The translations under genes were made by a program, and so were the position numbers. 59,551 bases of DNA, taken from positions 1 to 59,551 of the forward strand of contig CAVPJD010000018.1 in NCBI GenBank assembly GCA_963705165.1. The letters run 5' to 3'. The DNA is from an uncultured delta proteobacterium. GTDB lineage: Bacteria > Desulfobacterota > Syntrophia > Syntrophales > UBA2192. Positions 18,736 through 27,481 of this stretch are shown piece after piece (within the stretch, counting starts at the first letter, position 1; each line of letters starts with the position of its first letter). The notes under the pieces are model-generated. The model saw only the letters and a program-made list of their open reading frames with translations, did no database searches and had not been told where the DNA came from.

Positions 18736-19803
18736 CTATTTGCCTGTCTTCCCGTAATGCTCGTCGATCCAGCTCAGGTACTCGCCGCTGCGAACGCGCG
18801 CAATCCAGTCGCTGTTCTCCAGGTACCAGACGATCGTCTTGCGCAGGCCCGTGCGGAAGGATTCGCGAGGAGCCCACTTGAGCTCGCTCTGGAGCTTGCT
18901 GGAGTCGATGGCGTAGCGCCAGTCGTGCCCCGGCCGGTCCTTGACGAAGGTGATGAGCCCCCGCCGGGGGCCGCCTGCCGCCCTGGGGCGGATCTCGTCG
19001 AGGATGTCGCAGATGGCGTGGACGACGGCGATATTCTCCTCTTCGGAGTTGCCGCCGACGTTGTAGGTCTCGCCGCGCCGCCCTTTGTTCATGATCGTCC
19101 AGATGGCCTCGCAGTGGTCCTCCACATAGAGCCAGTCGCGGACGTTCTTCCCGTCTCCGTAGACGGGGAGGGGCTTGCCCTCCAGGGCATTGAGGGTGAT
19201 GAGCGGGACGAGCTTCTCCGGGAACTGCCAGGGGCCGTAGTTGTTGGAGCAGTTGGAGATCGTCACGGGCAGCCCGTAGGTCTTGAAATAGGCCCTCACC
19301 AGGTGGTCCGAGGAAGCCTTGGAGGCGCTGTAGGGGCTGTTGGGCTTGTAGGGCATCGTCTCGGTGAACAGACCCTCTTTCCCGAGGCTCCCGTAGACCT
19401 CGTCGGTGCTCACGTGGTGAAAGAGCCTGAAGCCCTCTGCGTGGTTGCGAGCCGCCTCGAGAAGGTTGAAGGTGCCCACGATGTTCGTGAAGATGAACTC
19501 GGCGGGCCGCTTGATGGATCGGTCCACGTGGCTCTCGGCGGCGAAGTGGCACACCGCGTCGATGCCGTAGTCGGTGAAGATCGCGCCCATCCGCTCCAGG
19601 TTGCAGATGTCCTCCCGCAGGAAGACGTAGCGGCCGGGGAAGCGCTCTTCGAGATCCCGCAGGTTCTCGGGGTTGCCGGCATAGGTCAGCTTGTCGACGT
19701 TCACGATCCTGCCCGCGAAGTCCGACTTCTCCAGCAGATAGCGGATGAAGCTGCAGCCGATGAAGCCGCAGCCCCCCGTCACCAGCAGGTTCTTGAATTC
19801 CAT
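18736..19803 (-). CDS. rfbB: dTDP-glucose 4,6-dehydratase
   Basis: TGGCGFIG, DKLTYAGN, AAESHVDRSI, STDEVYG, YSASK, RDWLYVEDH, DRPGHD. Confidence 0.96.
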   Translation of the reverse strand: MEFKNLLVTGGCGFIGCSFIRYLLEKSDFAGRIVNVDKLTYAGNPENLRDLEERFPGRYVFLREDICNLERMGAIFTDYGIDAVCHFAAESHVDRSIKRPAEFIFTNIVGTFNLLEAARNHAEGFRLFHHVSTDEVYGSLGKEGLFTETMPYKPNSPYSASKASSDHLVRAYFKTYGLPVTISNCSNNYGPWQFPEKLVPLITLNALEGKPLPVYGDGKNVRDWLYVEDHCEAIWTIMNKGRRGETYNVGGNSEEENIAVVHAICDILDEIRPRAAGGPRRGLITFVKDRPGHDWRYAIDSSKLQSELKWAPRESFRTGLRKTIVWYLENSDWIARVRSGEYLSWIDEHYGKTGK

Positions 19804-19844
19804 GGGTTCTCCTTTATTGAATGCCTCTCGATCATCTGCCCGCG

Positions 19845-19933
19845 AAGAGCGGAAGATCGGAAGTGAGGAAGAGCGGAAAAGAAAAGATAATGGGTCCGTT
19901 CCGCTCTTCTGCTCTTCTTCGCTTCCTAACTTC
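19845..19933. repeat. Inverted pair of 8-mer arrays (GAAGAGCG / CGCTCTTC)
   Basis: Read directly upstream of rfbB. Confidence 0.8.
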
Positions 19934-19962
19934 AGTCTTTCTTTAGTCTTTGAACGGGTGCC

Positions 19963-19978
19963 CGGCATGAAATTTGCG
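19963..19978 (+). promoter_or_regulatory. Putative sigma-54 (-24/-12) promoter
   Basis: CGGCAT-GAAAT-TTGCG, GG-N10-GC spacing. Confidence 0.55.
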
Positions 19979-20085
19979 AACCCTGACACCGGGGGATACA
20001 AACCGCACGTGATGCCAACTATCATGAATGCTTCAAATTCTCAACCAGGAATCCCGTTGCCGGCGGGCAAGGGTGGAGGGGCGAG

Positions 20086-20286
20086 TTGAACGACAAACAA
20101 CGCGAGGCCAAGAAAATCAACTGCTTCGAATGCCGGCACTTCTTCATCACCCACGAGCCGGCCCACCCCTATGGCTGCCAGGCCATGGGCTTCAAGTCCC
20201 CGGAGATGCCCTCTGCTGCCGTTGTGAGCAGTTCGGGCGAGGCTTGTCTTGTGTTCGAGTTGAAGGGCAGACTGGGGACCCGTTGA
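20086..20286 (+). CDS. Small Cys-rich putative metal-binding protein
   Basis: NCFECRHFFIT...PYGC...GFKS...SG..C pattern; RBS GGAGG. Confidence 0.7.
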   Translation: MNDKQREAKKINCFECRHFFITHEPAHPYGCQAMGFKSPEMPSAAVVSSSGEACLVFELKGRLGTR

Positions 20287-20327
20287 GCGTTTTCAGGATC
20301 GAGCCTGCCAATGTAAATCCTCGAGCC

Positions 20328-20352
20328 GTCATCCTGAGCCCGTCGAAGGGCT
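20328..20352. repeat. REP-like GTCATCCTGAGC...CGAAGG element
   Basis: gtcatcctgagcccgtcgaagggct, short palindrome of a widespread REP-like type. Confidence 0.5.
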
Positions 20353-20471
20353 CGATCCTTCCGGCCCGGCGTTTTTTATTGCATTTCGGCCCGGCAGTGC
20401 TATAGGAAACAGGAACGAATTCGTAATGGGCAACGGAGCCCGTTCCCGGGCCCTGGCGTGGTTTTCGGTTT

Positions 20472-21221
20472 ATGGGGCGGAAAAAAGCATCGGAAAAAGC
20501 GTGCGGCGAGCCTGGCAGCGGGAAGAGCTCCTCCGTGGAAAGCAAGATCAGCGCGCTTCTCACCATCAGTCGGGCCATCACGTCGGAGAAGTACCTCGAA
20601 GACATCCTCCGCCTGATCGTCACCGTGACCGCCGAGGTCATGGAGTCCAAGATTTGTTCCCTCATGCTCATCGATGACGACGGCAAGCTCCACGTCAAGG
20701 CCACCCAGAGCATCAGCAAGGAATACAACAAGAAGCGCATCATCGAGGTCGGCAAGGGGATCGTCGGGAAGGTGGTCTCGGAGAACCAGCCCGCCATCGT
20801 TCGCGACGTCCGGGTGAGAGACGATTACCTCTACCCCGAGATGGCCCGCAAGGAGGGTCTCGTCTCGCTTCTCTCGGTGCCCCTGGCCGTAAAGGGCAGG
20901 GTCATCGGGGTCATCAACTGCTACACCTCCCGGACCCACGATTTCACGGAGCCGGAGGTCACGGTCCTCACGACGATCGCCAACCAGGCCGCCATCGCCA
21001 TCGAGAACACGGAGCTGCTCGTCCGGAGCCGGGTCATCCAGGAGGAACTCGAGTCGCGCAAGCTCATCGAGAGGGCAAAGGACATCCTGGCGGCCGAAAA
21101 CGGGACCGGCGGCGACGATGCCTACCGGAAGATGCAGCAGATGAGCATGAACATGCGCAGACCCCTTCGCCAGATCGCCGAGGCGATCATCATCTCCCGG
21201 GGCATCGATGAAAGTGCTTGA
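20472..21221 (+). CDS. GAF-ANTAR RNA-binding antiterminator
   Basis: GAF domain (GKGIVGKV, SLLSVPL, GVINCY, IANQAAIAIEN) plus ANTAR (LESRKLIERAKDIL...AYRKMQQMSMN...IAEAII). Confidence 0.93.
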   Translation: MGRKKASEKACGEPGSGKSSSVESKISALLTISRAITSEKYLEDILRLIVTVTAEVMESKICSLMLIDDDGKLHVKATQSISKEYNKKRIIEVGKGIVGKVVSENQPAIVRDVRVRDDYLYPEMARKEGLVSLLSVPLAVKGRVIGVINCYTSRTHDFTEPEVTVLTTIANQAAIAIENTELLVRSRVIQEELESRKLIERAKDILAAENGTGGDDAYRKMQQMSMNMRRPLRQIAEAIIISRGIDESA

Positions 21222-21238
21222 CACGTTTCTGCAACTCT

Positions 21239-21277
21239 GGTAACGGAACCGTTACTTTTTGGATAAAGGCGTCCAAA
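21239..21277 (+). promoter_or_regulatory. ANTAR target RNA motif (two hexaloop hairpins)
   Basis: GGT-AACGGA-ACC and GGAT-AAAGGC-GTCC; both loops have A1 and G4. Confidence 0.75.
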
Positions 21278-21301
21278 GCTAGGCTTTGGACGCCTTTTTT
21301 T
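21265..21301 (+). terminator. Attenuator terminator overlapping the second ANTAR hairpin
   Basis: AAAGGCGTCCAAAGC-TAG-GCTTTGGACGCCTTT followed by a T-run. Confidence 0.88.
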
Positions 21302-21333
21302 AATTCCGCAGGAGGAAGAAGGAGGACGAGCAT

Positions 21334-22920
21334 ATGAACCTGAGGCAACCCAATGCGAACGAAGCGACAGGGACCTTTAACCGCTCGAGGAGCGTGGTCC
21401 CCATGTCAGGCATCTGCACGCGCTGCGTGGACGGCTGCCGGGGCGGCTGCGAGATCTGGCTCTCGACGTTCCGGGGCCGCGAGGTGCTCTATCCCACGGA
21501 ATTCGGCAACATGACCGCCGGTGCCGACAAAAACTACCCCCTGGATTACTCCCACCTGAGCATCCAGGGCTACGCCGTCGGCGCCCATGGCCTGCCCAAG
21601 GGCGTGAAACCCGGGCCCGACACTGCCTTATTCCCCAATGTCGACACGGAGACGGAGTACGGATGGACGAAGAAGGTCAAGATGAAGCTCCCCATCTTCA
21701 CGGGCGCGCTGGGCTCCACGGAAATTGCCCGGAAGAACTGGGAGCATTTCTCGGCGGGCGCCGCCATCGCAGGCGTCACCATCGTCTGCGGAGAGAACGT
21801 CTGCGGCATCGACACGGGGCTTGAGCTCGGGGCCAACGGCCTCGTGAAGAAATCCCCCGAGATGGACCGCCGCATCGAGACTTACAAGCGCTACTCGGAA
21901 GGCTACGGCGAGATCCTCATCCAGATGAACGTGGAAGATACCCGCCTGGGTGTTGCCGAGTACGTCATCGACAAACACAAACTCGACACGATCGAGCTCA
22001 AGTGGGGCCAGGGCGCCAAGAACATCGGCGGCGAGATCAAGATTCCCTCGCTGGAGAGGGCCCAGGAGCTCAAGCGCCGCGGCTACATCGTTCTGCCCGA
22101 CCCGACGCTCCCCGAGGTCGAGGCGTCCTACAAGGCAGGCGCCATCAAGGAGTTCGAGCGCCACAGCCGCCTGGGATTCGTCACGCAGGAAGGTTTCATG
22201 AAGGAAGTCCAGCGCCTGCGCAAGCTGGGCTACAAGCGCATCACCCTCAAGACGGGCGCCTACTCCATGGTGGAGCTGGCCATGGCGATCCGGTTCTGCG
22301 CAGATGCCAAGATCGACCTGCTTACGATCGACGGCGCCCCCGGCGGAACGGGCATGAGCCCCTGGCCCATGATGTGCGAGTGGGGCATCCCCTCGCTGTA
22401 CCTGCACGCGCTCACCTACGAATTCTGCCAGAAGCTTGCGAAGAAGAAAAAGCGCGTACCCGACATCGCCTTTGCCGGCGGCTTCTCCGACGAGTCCGGT
22501 GCCTTCAAGGCCATCGCCCTGGGCGCTCCCTACGTCAAGGCCGTCTGCATGGGCCGCGGCCTCATGATCCCCGGCATGGTTGGCAAGAATATCGGCGAGT
22601 GGATCAAGAACAAGGACCTGCCCAAGACGGTCTCCCGCTACGGCACCACGATGGAGGAGATCTTCGTGAGCTACGAGGAGCTCCGGAAGAAGTACGGTAA
22701 GGAACTCGACACCATGCCCACGGGCGCCATCGGGTTCTACACCTACGGACAGAAGTTCAAGCAGGGCCTCCAGCAGCTCATGGCCGGAAGCCGCAGCTTC
22801 AACCTCTCGCTCGTCGGCCGCAAGGACCTCATGTCGCTCACCCGCGAGTGTGAGGAAGTCACGGGCATCCCCTTCGTCATGGATGCTTTCAGGAAGGAAG
22901 CGGAGAAGTGGCTGAAGTAA
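21334..22920 (+). CDS. FMN-binding glutamate synthase family protein (stand-alone FMN domain)
   Basis: IELKWGQGAK.IGGE, TLKTG, IDGAPGGTG, AGG, KAIALGA, MGRG; N-terminal CTRC..GC...C. Confidence 0.9.
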   Translation: MNLRQPNANEATGTFNRSRSVVPMSGICTRCVDGCRGGCEIWLSTFRGREVLYPTEFGNMTAGADKNYPLDYSHLSIQGYAVGAHGLPKGVKPGPDTALFPNVDTETEYGWTKKVKMKLPIFTGALGSTEIARKNWEHFSAGAAIAGVTIVCGENVCGIDTGLELGANGLVKKSPEMDRRIETYKRYSEGYGEILIQMNVEDTRLGVAEYVIDKHKLDTIELKWGQGAKNIGGEIKIPSLERAQELKRRGYIVLPDPTLPEVEASYKAGAIKEFERHSRLGFVTQEGFMKEVQRLRKLGYKRITLKTGAYSMVELAMAIRFCADAKIDLLTIDGAPGGTGMSPWPMMCEWGIPSLYLHALTYEFCQKLAKKKKRVPDIAFAGGFSDESGAFKAIALGAPYVKAVCMGRGLMIPGMVGKNIGEWIKNKDLPKTVSRYGTTMEEIFVSYEELRKKYGKELDTMPTGAIGFYTYGQKFKQGLQQLMAGSRSFNLSLVGRKDLMSLTRECEEVTGIPFVMDAFRKEAEKWLK

Positions 22921-22946
22921 GCCAATAGACGCTATCGGACATTCAG

Positions 22947-22980
22947 AAGGGGTTGGAACTCGAGTTCCAGCCCCTTTTTT
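22947..22980 (+). terminator. Intrinsic terminator
   Basis: AAGGGGTTGGAAC/GTTCCAGCCCCTT stem plus T-run. Confidence 0.85.
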
Positions 22981-23105
22981 CATGTCCGGCTTGACAAGGA
23001 CGGGGGTTGTCCTGCATTAAAGTAAGTAACCATTGCAACCGTCACGCTATCCCAGCATGCCCATCCCGGTGGCCGGGCGCGATGGGGGAAAGGAAGGGTT
23101 ATCCG

Positions 23106-26081
23106 GTGAAAGAAGCTGGACAGTGTCCCGCCCCGAGGCTCACGCCGGGGAGAGAGGCCCGCGGTTTCATCGTCCGCAGGGTCGAGGCCATCGAAGACAT
23201 CTGCTGCACGGCCTACGAGATGGAGCATCTTGCCACGGGGGCGAAGGTCCTGCTCCTTCATGGAAACGACCGCGAGAACCTCTTTGCCGTGGGATTTCGC
23301 ACGCCGCCCTGGGACTCCACGGGGATCGCCCACATCCTGGAGCACTCCGTCCTTGCCGGCTCCGAGGCCTACCCCGTGAAGGACGCCTTCAACGAGCTTT
23401 CGCGGGCGACGCTGCAGACCTTTATCAACGCCTTCACCTACCCCGACAAGACCCTGTACCCCGTGGCAAGCCAGGTGCCCGTCGATTACTTCAACCTGGC
23501 GCGGGTGTATGCCGATCTGGTGTTCAAGCCCCGGATCCTGAAGGAGACCTTTCTTCAGGAAGGGCATCACCTGGAGTTCGTAAATCCCGATGACCCCGCA
23601 AGCGACCTCTCCGTCTCGGGCATCGTCTACAACGAAATGAAAGGAGCCTACTCGTCGCCCGACGGGCTCATGTTTAAGGCCCTCCAGCAGAATCTCTTCC
23701 CCGACAATCCCTACGGCTTCGACTCGGGGGGCGACCCCGAGGTGATCCCCCGGCTCACCTGGGAGCAGCTCCGGGAGTTCCACCGGCTCTACTATTCCCC
23801 CACGAATGCCTATTTCTTCCTCTACGGCAGCATCTCGCCGGAGGATCACCTGGCCTTCCTGGAGGACATCCTGCGCGGATTCGGCAAGGTGCAAGTCGAT
23901 TCAGCCATCGGGCTCCAGCCCCGCTGGGCAAAGCCGCGTTCGGTGCGCGATTGCTATCCCGTGGGCAAAGGCGAGAGCCTCGCGCGGAAAACGGCCGTGA
24001 ACCTGGCTTGGGTGACGGCGGAAAACACAACCCCCGAGGAGGTGCTTCTGCTCACGATCGCCGCCCACGCCCTGGTCGGAACGGCGGCAGGATCCCTTCG
24101 CAAGGCCCTTATCGACTCGGGCCTGGGAGAGGACCTCTCGCCCGTTACGGGGCTCGAGTCCGATCTGCGGCAGGTCGTCTTTGCCGTGGGGCTTCGCGGC
24201 ACGGACCCCGAAAAGGCCGGGGCCATTGAGGGTCTGGTCCTGAAGACTCTGGAGAGTCTGGCGCAAAAGGGGTTCGACCAAGACCTCGTCGAGGCGGCCC
24301 TGCACCAGGTGGAATTCCACGGCAAGGAGATCGTCCGCGGCGGCTACCCCTACGGGATCACCCTCATGGGACGGGTCTTCCATACCTGGCTCTACGACGG
24401 GGATCCCCTGACTCCGCTGAAGTTCAATCTTCTCATCGAGCGCATCCGGGGCCGCCTGGAGAAGGAGCCGGGACTCTTCCAGGAGGTGATCCGGCGCTGG
24501 TTCCTGGAAAACCCGCACCGTCTTGTCTCCGTCATGGAGCCGAGCCACAACTGCATGGAGGAGCAAGAGGCAAAGTTCCGGCAGCGGATGGCGGAGCTCA
24601 AGGCGACCCTGTCGCAGGAGGACCGCAACAGGATCCGCGACGAGGCGTCCCGCCTGAAGGCGCTCCAGACGCAGCCCGAAACACCTGAGGCCCTTGCCGC
24701 ACTGCCCCGGCTCAAGCGCTCCGACATCCCCCGCGGGGTGGAGCGGATCCCCTTCGAGGAGGGCCGTGTCGGGGGCATTCCCGTCCTGAAGCACGAGGTC
24801 TTCGGCAACGGGATCGTCTACCTGGATTGTGCCTTCGATGTGTCCCATGTTCCTGAAGAGCTGCAGCCGTACCTGCCGCTGCTGGGAAAATTTGCAAGGG
24901 GCATGGGGGCCGCAGGGCGCCGCTATGACGAGATGGCCACGAGGATCTCCATGACCATGGGAGGTCTGGGGATTCAGCTTGCCTCGGGTTTCAGCCGGGA
25001 CGGCAAGGAAACCTGGCAGAAAATGATCTTCCGGATGCGGACGCTCCACCGCAACATCCACGAGGCCGTGGATCTGCTCGGCGATATCCTGGCGGCGGGA
25101 GATCTCTCGGATCGAAGGCGAATGGAAGATCTCGTCCTGGAGAAGAGAAACGGCCTGCAGGCCGCCGTCGTCCCCTCGGGCCATCTCTTTGCCCAGCGCA
25201 CGGCGGCATCGTCGCTGAACCTGGCATCCTACAGGGACGAGCAGTGGAACGGGCGCCTCCAGCTGCGGCTCTTGAGCGGCCTCTCCGAAGGCTTTGCGGC
25301 CGACCCGCTCGTCGAGACCATGGAGCGCCTCAAAAAGCTTGTTTTCCGTCGCAGCGGGCTGCTTCTCAACGTGACGGGCGATGCAGCCGGGATCGATCTC
25401 CTGCTGAATCAAGTCGGGCCCCTGATGGAGCGGATAGGCGATGCGGCACCCGGAGGGGTGACGGCATCGATGCGGCCGGAGCCGGTGCACTTGGGAATCT
25501 CGATTGCAGCCCAGGTCTGCTACGTGGCGCGGGCGGCCGCCGCGCCGGGCTACTTCGACCCCTCGTCGGCGGCGCTCTCCGTCGTCTCGAGAGAGCTCTC
25601 GAAGGGATATCTCTACAACCGGATACGGGTACAGGGCGGCGCCTACGGGGGAATGTCGCTCTACGATCCCCTCGGGAGGCTCTTCTCCTTCCTGTCCTAC
25701 CGCGACCCCCACCTTTCGGAAACGCTGAAGGTCTACGACGAGGCAGCCCGATGGCTGCTGGAGAAGGGGATCGGCGAGGAGGAACTGGAAAAGACCATCA
25801 TCGGCACGATCGGGTCTTTGGACCGGCCGGCGGACCCGTCCGGGAAGGGCTACCTTTCCATGATCCGCCACTTTACAGGGATTACCGATGACAACCGGCA
25901 GGCATTCCGGGACCGGGTCCTCGGCCTTTCCCCGGAAGAGCTCCTGAATACGGTCCGGGAGGTCCTCATCCCGGCCCTGAAGGCCTCCTCCGTGGCGGTC
26001 TATGCGGGCGAGGACCGGCTTGCGCGGGCCAATGAGACCCTGGTGCCGAAGCTCGTCATAGAACCCCTGTTAGGCGGTTGA
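23106..26081 (+). CDS. M16C metallopeptidase (presequence protease-like, insulinase family)
   Basis: TGIAHILEHSVL (HxxEH), FINAFTYPD, GIVYNEMKG, IRVQGGAYG, SYRDP; GTG start after AAGGAAGG assumed. Confidence 0.93.
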   Translation: MKEAGQCPAPRLTPGREARGFIVRRVEAIEDICCTAYEMEHLATGAKVLLLHGNDRENLFAVGFRTPPWDSTGIAHILEHSVLAGSEAYPVKDAFNELSRATLQTFINAFTYPDKTLYPVASQVPVDYFNLARVYADLVFKPRILKETFLQEGHHLEFVNPDDPASDLSVSGIVYNEMKGAYSSPDGLMFKALQQNLFPDNPYGFDSGGDPEVIPRLTWEQLREFHRLYYSPTNAYFFLYGSISPEDHLAFLEDILRGFGKVQVDSAIGLQPRWAKPRSVRDCYPVGKGESLARKTAVNLAWVTAENTTPEEVLLLTIAAHALVGTAAGSLRKALIDSGLGEDLSPVTGLESDLRQVVFAVGLRGTDPEKAGAIEGLVLKTLESLAQKGFDQDLVEAALHQVEFHGKEIVRGGYPYGITLMGRVFHTWLYDGDPLTPLKFNLLIERIRGRLEKEPGLFQEVIRRWFLENPHRLVSVMEPSHNCMEEQEAKFRQRMAELKATLSQEDRNRIRDEASRLKALQTQPETPEALAALPRLKRSDIPRGVERIPFEEGRVGGIPVLKHEVFGNGIVYLDCAFDVSHVPEELQPYLPLLGKFARGMGAAGRRYDEMATRISMTMGGLGIQLASGFSRDGKETWQKMIFRMRTLHRNIHEAVDLLGDILAAGDLSDRRRMEDLVLEKRNGLQAAVVPSGHLFAQRTAASSLNLASYRDEQWNGRLQLRLLSGLSEGFAADPLVETMERLKKLVFRRSGLLLNVTGDAAGIDLLLNQVGPLMERIGDAAPGGVTASMRPEPVHLGISIAAQVCYVARAAAAPGYFDPSSAALSVVSRELSKGYLYNRIRVQGGAYGGMSLYDPLGRLFSFLSYRDPHLSETLKVYDEAARWLLEKGIGEEELEKTIIGTIGSLDRPADPSGKGYLSMIRHFTGITDDNRQAFRDRVLGLSPEELLNTVREVLIPALKASSVAVYAGEDRLARANETLVPKLVIEPLLGG

Positions 26082-26100
26082 CCGGGCGTACCGCCCGACC

Positions 26101-26197
26101 GAGAAGGTAAGAAGGTGAGAGGGTAAGAGGGTGAGAAAAAACGAAACATTGGCACCGGATTGTCCAACCTTCTCACCTTCTTAACTTCTAACCTTCT
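26101..26197. repeat. Inverted pair of 8-mer arrays (GAAGGTAA/GAGGGTGA and TCACCTTC)
   Basis: Read directly. Confidence 0.8.
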
Positions 26198-26294
26198 ATT
26201 TTTGAGTCGCTTGGCTTTTTGCCGTCTGCCGGTGGCCTGACGAAATCATGGCAGCCGGAAGCCCGGCGGGCACAGAAATTGCTCATTCTCAATA

Positions 26295-27209
26295 GTGGCG
26301 GGGACGCGGGAAATTGCTTCACCTGCCGGTATTCACCCAACAGTCGGAGCGTTCATCTTGGAAAATCGCGGCATCCTTACAGGGATCGGCACGGTCCTCT
26401 TCCTCGTGGCTGTATTGAGCTTCGGGGTATACCTGGAGAGGAGCGGCCTCGAGGATCTGGGTATCGTGCGGACCGGGTTTGCCCAGTCCCATATCGCGAA
26501 ACACACGCCCGGCGTGACCCCCGACGTCCAGAACAACCGCGTCTACCGCAAGAAGCTGCGGAGCCAGAAGATACCGAAAGAGTGGAAGGATTTCGAGGAT
26601 CTCGAGCAGGACATGATGCGCTTCTGCCGCTATCTCGACGGGCGGGAGTACATCAAGGCCCATAAGCTCCCCGATGGGACTTTCCGGCATTTCGTGAAGA
26701 TCCTGAACGATCTGGCCGCCTATCCGCCCATCGTGAACGGAGAGGCCACCGACCCCTACAAACTCAAGCTGAACCAGGAGCACTTCCTGAGAGTCATCGG
26801 TCGGGAGAACGTCGATCTGCTAGTCGACATCCTCACCCACGAGACGGAGTTGATGGAGTCGACGGCGGAGATGGTCTATGACTGGCTCAACAAAGGGATC
26901 GAGGCGAAGAGCCCCGAGATCCGGATGACGCAGAAGGAACTCTACGAGTACGCCGCCTTCTTCCTGACCACCCTGTCCGGAAAGGCCTATCTGTGGCGGC
27001 GGGATTCCAAGACTCGAATCCTTGCCACGTACTATTCCGTCCTCATCGTGGACCGGGCGAACCTGGAGAAGGCAAACCGCTTCAATGTGGACATCAAAAC
27101 CCCCGTCGCCCAACTCATGGATGACCTGGTCAACTACCGCAACCTCAGCTACCGGGGCCTGTATATCAAGAAGTTGAAGGCCTTGGAGGCGCCAGCCTCG
27201 ACTGGCTGA
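26295..27209 (+). CDS. Hypothetical membrane-anchored protein
   Basis: 304-aa ORF with genome-typical codon use and one N-terminal TM; start uncertain. Confidence 0.75.
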   Translation: MAGTREIASPAGIHPTVGAFILENRGILTGIGTVLFLVAVLSFGVYLERSGLEDLGIVRTGFAQSHIAKHTPGVTPDVQNNRVYRKKLRSQKIPKEWKDFEDLEQDMMRFCRYLDGREYIKAHKLPDGTFRHFVKILNDLAAYPPIVNGEATDPYKLKLNQEHFLRVIGRENVDLLVDILTHETELMESTAEMVYDWLNKGIEAKSPEIRMTQKELYEYAAFFLTTLSGKAYLWRRDSKTRILATYYSVLIVDRANLEKANRFNVDIKTPVAQLMDDLVNYRNLSYRGLYIKKLKALEAPASTG

Positions 27210-27219
27210 CGCAGCTAAA

Positions 27220-27466
27220 AGCCGACAGCCGACAGCCTACAGAAAAAAACAAATCCCCCTCTTTCCCCCCGATAAAGGTCACGATCCTTAATCTTCATCT
27301 CCCCTTGCGGGAGAGGATTGAGGTGAGGGGGAATATTCCCCGTACCTTTTTCACCCTCACCCTCGCCCTCTCCCCTCAAGGGAGAGGGAAATTACGGTAA
27401 GGGTCTTCGCAGGGGGGGATGAAAGGGGGATTTTTCTTTTGGCTTTTAGCTGTAGGCTGTCGGCTG
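27220..27466. repeat. Nested repeat structure: 7-mer arms around C-rich/G-rich arms around two REP-like elements
   Basis: AGCCGAC arm 27220-27242 and its inverse 27441-27466; AATCCCCC.../...GGGGGATT arms; REP copies 27298-27392. Confidence 0.75.
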
Positions 27467-27481
27467 GGGCCGTGCGGCGCC

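Noticed and set aside
20086..20286. Possible uracil-DNA glycosylase label for this small Cys-rich protein family
   Set aside because: 66 aa is far too short for a UDG fold and no UDG motifs are present
22991..23020. TTGACA upstream of the M16C peptidase
   Set aside because: No acceptable -10 hexamer at 16-18 nt spacing
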